A stretch of 64,000 nt of DNA, from positions 32,001-96,000 of IMG/VR virus record IMGVR_UViG_3300045988_180675, one strand, 5' to 3'. Under the pieces are notes generated by a model, which made no database searches, was not told where the DNA came from, and was given only the letters and a program-made list of their open reading frames with translations. A program made the position numbers and the translations under genes. Positions 61,442 through 64,000 of the stretch are shown one piece after another (positions within the stretch are counted from its first letter, which is position 1; each line of letters opens with the position of its first letter). This stretch comes from a virus.

Positions 61442-62731
61442 TTAGAAATCTTCCATTGGGATATCCACTGGGTAATAAGCATCCATTGGAATATCCTGAT
61501 AATTTGCAGGAGTTGGAACCTGTTGATACATCGGCTGCTGTACTGGAGCATACGGCATAGCTGATTGCATCATTGGTTGCTGATACTGTGGTTGTGGTGC
61601 AACCTGAGTCTGTGGTTGTTGATAAGCCTGCTGAATTGACTGTTGGTATGGCTGTTGCATTGGCTGCTGATATACTGGAGCAGCTGTCTGCTTAGCAGAT
61701 TGTTCCTTTTGTAGCTTTGCTTCCATACGATTCTGACGATCTAAATCATCAGCGATCTGGAACTGTTTTGCTGCCAACATATCTTCAAAACGACGCATGT
61801 GCGTCTCCATATTATGCAGGCATTCAAACCAAGAAGCAGCAGAGAGCTTGAATCTGTTTTCACATTCATCTCGCTTATCAGAACGCATTACATTTAGTGT
61901 ACCAGCATTAGTTCTAACGACCTTAGCCTTATAGCTTTGGACTCTGATCTCAACAGGATAACGGTTTCCAATTGTCCATGTAATATCTAATTCGTTTACA
62001 GGGCAATATTCCTGAGCATTATCCCCATGAATTAATGGTCTTGGACCAGATGAGAAAATCGTTGTTACACCTAATTGTAATTCTTCTGGAGCAACTTCAA
62101 CGGCTGCATCTAAAAGATTGTTTTGAGCCATGAAAATAGCTTCGTCAATTGCCGCAATGAGTTCTCTGTTGGCAGGGAATTTTTCAAGGTTCTTAGCTAA
62201 GAATTCTCTTTGCTTTACAAGAGTATTCATTCCACCTTCTTCCTTGATTACTTCTAAAGGTGTCTTTCCCTTTAAATTTCCAATTTGAAAAGCTTTTCCA
62301 CTTGCAAGTTTTCCAACTTGAGTAGCTGCCTTTTTCTGTGGTATTGGCTTTCCTAGCATCATCGCTGTAATACATCTTGTTCCAAACAATACATTATCAA
62401 TCACGGTAGCAGTTGCCTTCTGCAATTGATACATCTGCGTTGCAAATGGTAATGCAAGCATCGTTTCTGCATTCATTGCTGAACGTGAAGCCTCAATAAC
62501 ACCAAACACTTCCTTTACACGAAGATTGGCTTTAGAGTTATGAGATACTCCATTTTGACTTCCGATGATCGCAAAGATAAAACGAGAGAATTTCTCGTCG
62601 TAGATCTTGTAAGGTGATCCCACCTTTTCTGTATCGATCGGTGTCAAATGCCCTTCTACGGACAATGTTTGAGAGGATGTCTTTGCAGCAAATACCTCTC
62701 GTGGGTAGTTATTCTTCTTCTTTTCTGTCAT
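61442..62731 (-). CDS. Uncharacterised 429-aa protein with an SSB-type Q/P-rich C-terminal tail ending DIPMEDF
   Basis: The N-terminal 330 aa have no motif I recognise. The tail AAPVYQQPMQQPYQQSIQQAYQQPQTQVAPQPQYQQP...YYPVDIPMEDF parallels the tails of both SSBs in this window. Confidence 0.7.
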   Translation of the reverse strand: MTEKKKNNYPREVFAAKTSSQTLSVEGHLTPIDTEKVGSPYKIYDEKFSRFIFAIIGSQNGVSHNSKANLRVKEVFGVIEASRSAMNAETMLALPFATQMYQLQKATATVIDNVLFGTRCITAMMLGKPIPQKKAATQVGKLASGKAFQIGNLKGKTPLEVIKEEGGMNTLVKQREFLAKNLEKFPANRELIAAIDEAIFMAQNNLLDAAVEVAPEELQLGVTTIFSSGPRPLIHGDNAQEYCPVNELDITWTIGNRYPVEIRVQSYKAKVVRTNAGTLNVMRSDKRDECENRFKLSAASWFECLHNMETHMRRFEDMLAAKQFQIADDLDRQNRMEAKLQKEQSAKQTAAPVYQQPMQQPYQQSIQQAYQQPQTQVAPQPQYQQPMMQSAMPYAPVQQPMYQQVPTPANYQDIPMDAYYPVDIPMEDF

Positions 62732-62859
62732 TTTTTCATTTTCCTCCTGACATATAATTTTCTTCCTTTATCTAATCATGCTCCATGTAATCAAATAAGG
62801 ACATTGTTATTATGCAAGAAAGAAGAGAAAGAAAAAAGGCAAATCGATACATCTGCCTC

Positions 62860-62900
62860 TAGTCTGTTTTTGGTCTAGCTTTGGTCTGAATCTAGTCTAA
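62860..62900 (-). repeat. Second, short array of the 11-bp AGACYA repeat (4 units, inverted relative to 31241-31415)
   Basis: GTCT cores on the plus strand at 62862, 62873, 62884 and 62895 (exact 11-bp spacing). The minus strand reads TTAGACTAGAT TCAGACCAAAGC TAGACCAAAAAC AGACTAG. Confidence 0.7.
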
Positions 62901-63110
62901 AAGATCTTCATCGTTTTTATGCATCTCAAAGTATCCCTTTAGTAAATACAATGCAAATGCTCCTAATAGAATATATTTTACAAACCAAGGAATAATGTTT
63001 GCATAGGATAAAATGGCAAGAACGAAGAATAAAGCGACCATAACAACATAGGTCTTTATTCCGTTTCCTTTCTTCATATTGCCAAGTACCTTTTTACTTA
63101 ATTTCTTCAT
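62892..63110 (-). CDS. Small two-TM membrane protein
   Basis: 72-aa ORF (TYVVMVALFFVLAILSYA, FVKYILLGAFALYLL). Terminator AGGCA/TGCCT at 62836-62858. Confidence 0.55.
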   Translation of the reverse strand: MKKLSKKVLGNMKKGNGIKTYVVMVALFFVLAILSYANIIPWFVKYILLGAFALYLLKGYFEMHKNDEDLLD

Positions 63111-63203
63111 ATCTTTTCTCCTTTCCTATATTATGCTATTTTTTATCGAAATAATGAAAAAAGAAAAAAGACTGCATAAGCAGTTCTCTTCCTTTAGTCT
63201 TTC

Positions 63204-63645
63204 GTGAACTACTCGGTAATAAATTACCAAGTTTCCTGCTTCAACTACCGTTGCATCTAGCCTACATAGTATAGGTTGGATGTCTTATACGATATCCACA
63301 GGCGTTAAGTTTGGGCTATTCCATCCCTACTTGATACTTATATTATAATATACGTAATTACTTTATGCAAGTAATAAAGGAGCGTTCATCTCGGTTTTGA
63401 AAAGTCGAGTTTTCTCGCTCAACGTTCATAAACTACTTTTTATCTATGGCAGAAACATTCATATTTCCTATTTAAACAATATTGGAAGGAAAAACCTTTT
63501 GGCTTGATGGGTACTTCACTTGTAGTATAGGAGAGGTATCATCAGCTACCATACAAAATACATTGAAAACCAAGGCTAATACTTACAAGCTTACAATGCT
63601 CCTCCCACCGTCCAAGGACAGTGGGTTTCCGCAGATGGAATAGAA
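63204..63645 (+). mobile_element. Degenerate IS200/IS605-family remnant (95-bp repeat copy 2, frameshifted tnpA C-terminal fragment, end hairpin)
   Basis: Translated fragment GKTFWLDGYFTCSIGEVSSATIQNTLKTK (from 63488) matches the IS200 TnpA C-terminus (FW.RGYY..TVG......IQ.YIK.Q). An upstream K(G/E).SS..LK...F-like piece is in another frame. Hairpin CCCACCGTCC/GGACAGTGGG at 63604-63625. GGCTATTCCATC (63314) and GATGGAATAG (63634) are inverted repeats. Confidence 0.5.
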
Positions 63646-63698
63646 AGTATTTTACTTATGGAAAAAGAAAAAGACTGCACATGGCAGTCTCTCTCTTT

Positions 63699-64000
63699 TT
63701 AACACTCAATAAGCTCGTTAATGTATCCACGATCTTCTGTACGAACACAACGAACTTCAACAACTTCACGTTCAGTATTTGCGAACTTAAATGAAGTGAT
63801 GTTGTAGTCAACTTCTGCTGACAACAGATAATCGTAACCATCTAACTTCTCGTCTAAACCATCGATGTAGATAGTACGAGGTGCATGACTAGCACGGCAA
63901 TAAATTAGTCCATTCTTGCCAACAAGAACAACTTCACATGTATTTTCACGCTTGATAGAACGTGTAACATCCATGTCTGTTGCCTGTGTAAATGCATTAC
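63699..64000 (-). CDS. Hypothetical protein, possibly 5'-truncated by the window edge
   Basis: 91-aa ORF from the ATG at 63974, but the frame stays open to position 64000. Terminator AGACTGC/GCAGTCT at 63671-63690. Confidence 0.5.
   Translation of the reverse strand, partial: NAFTQATDMDVTRSIKRENTCEVVLVGKNGLIYCRASHAPRTIYIDGLDEKLDGYDYLLSAEVDYNITSFKFANTEREVVEVRCVRTEDRGYINELIEC

Noticed and set aside
1-64000. tRNA, rRNA, type IV secretion genes, toxin-antitoxin pairs and known defence systems (RM, CRISPR-Cas, retron, CBASS-like)
   Set aside because: I found no cloverleaf-like, rRNA-like, VirB4/VirD4, reverse transcriptase, methyltransferase or cyclase signatures by eye. Absence cannot be proven without profile searches.

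Overview
64-kb, AT-rich, tightly packed bacterial accessory DNA with Gram-positive (Firmicutes-type) signals: GGAGG ribosome-binding sites, TTGACA/TATAAT promoters, hairpin plus T-run terminators, and LPXTG/sortase biology. I see no rRNA, tRNA, CRISPR array or core housekeeping operon. The content fits a large mobilizable plasmid or phage-plasmid-like element. Modules: (i) 1-7260, a minus-strand operon for a lipoprotein and two giant secreted adhesins. (ii) 7.3-31 kb, mostly small unknown genes. These include a duplicated two-gene module and two expanded paralog families (about 238-aa family A x4; about 120-160-aa coiled-coil family B x4 or more), with cassettes behind near-identical promoters. 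RNase HI, a GIY-YIG nuclease, a MarR-like regulator and a 774-aa wall-anchored adhesin also lie here. (iii) 31.0-35.0 kb, an ORF-poor region holding two paralogous sRNA-like units with compensatory stem changes, a strictly phased 11-bp repeat array, about 17 inverted-repeat sites built from the same half-site, a GC-rich island and a family of long pyrimidine/purine-arm hairpins. (iv) A MobV-type relaxase with a candidate oriT hairpin, plus a second homologous hairpin on the other side of the gene. (v) 36-64 kb, mostly minus-strand DNA-metabolism and export genes: metallophosphatase, orphan CpaF/VirB11-like ATPase, RecJ, a tandem-OB SSB, a canonical SSB, a third protein with an SSB-type tail, pilin plus class C sortase, PIN-PhoH, RusA-like, a SecA paralog, a Toprim primase, an anchored nuclease, an NMP kinase and an IS200-like remnant. 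The best candidates for something undescribed are the non-coding 31-35 kb architecture and a conserved 14-nt leader/promoter motif that ties seven DNA-metabolism operons into one apparent regulon. All functional calls rest on signature motifs read by eye. No database search, RNA folding or statistics could be run, so most small ORFs are left as hypothetical.
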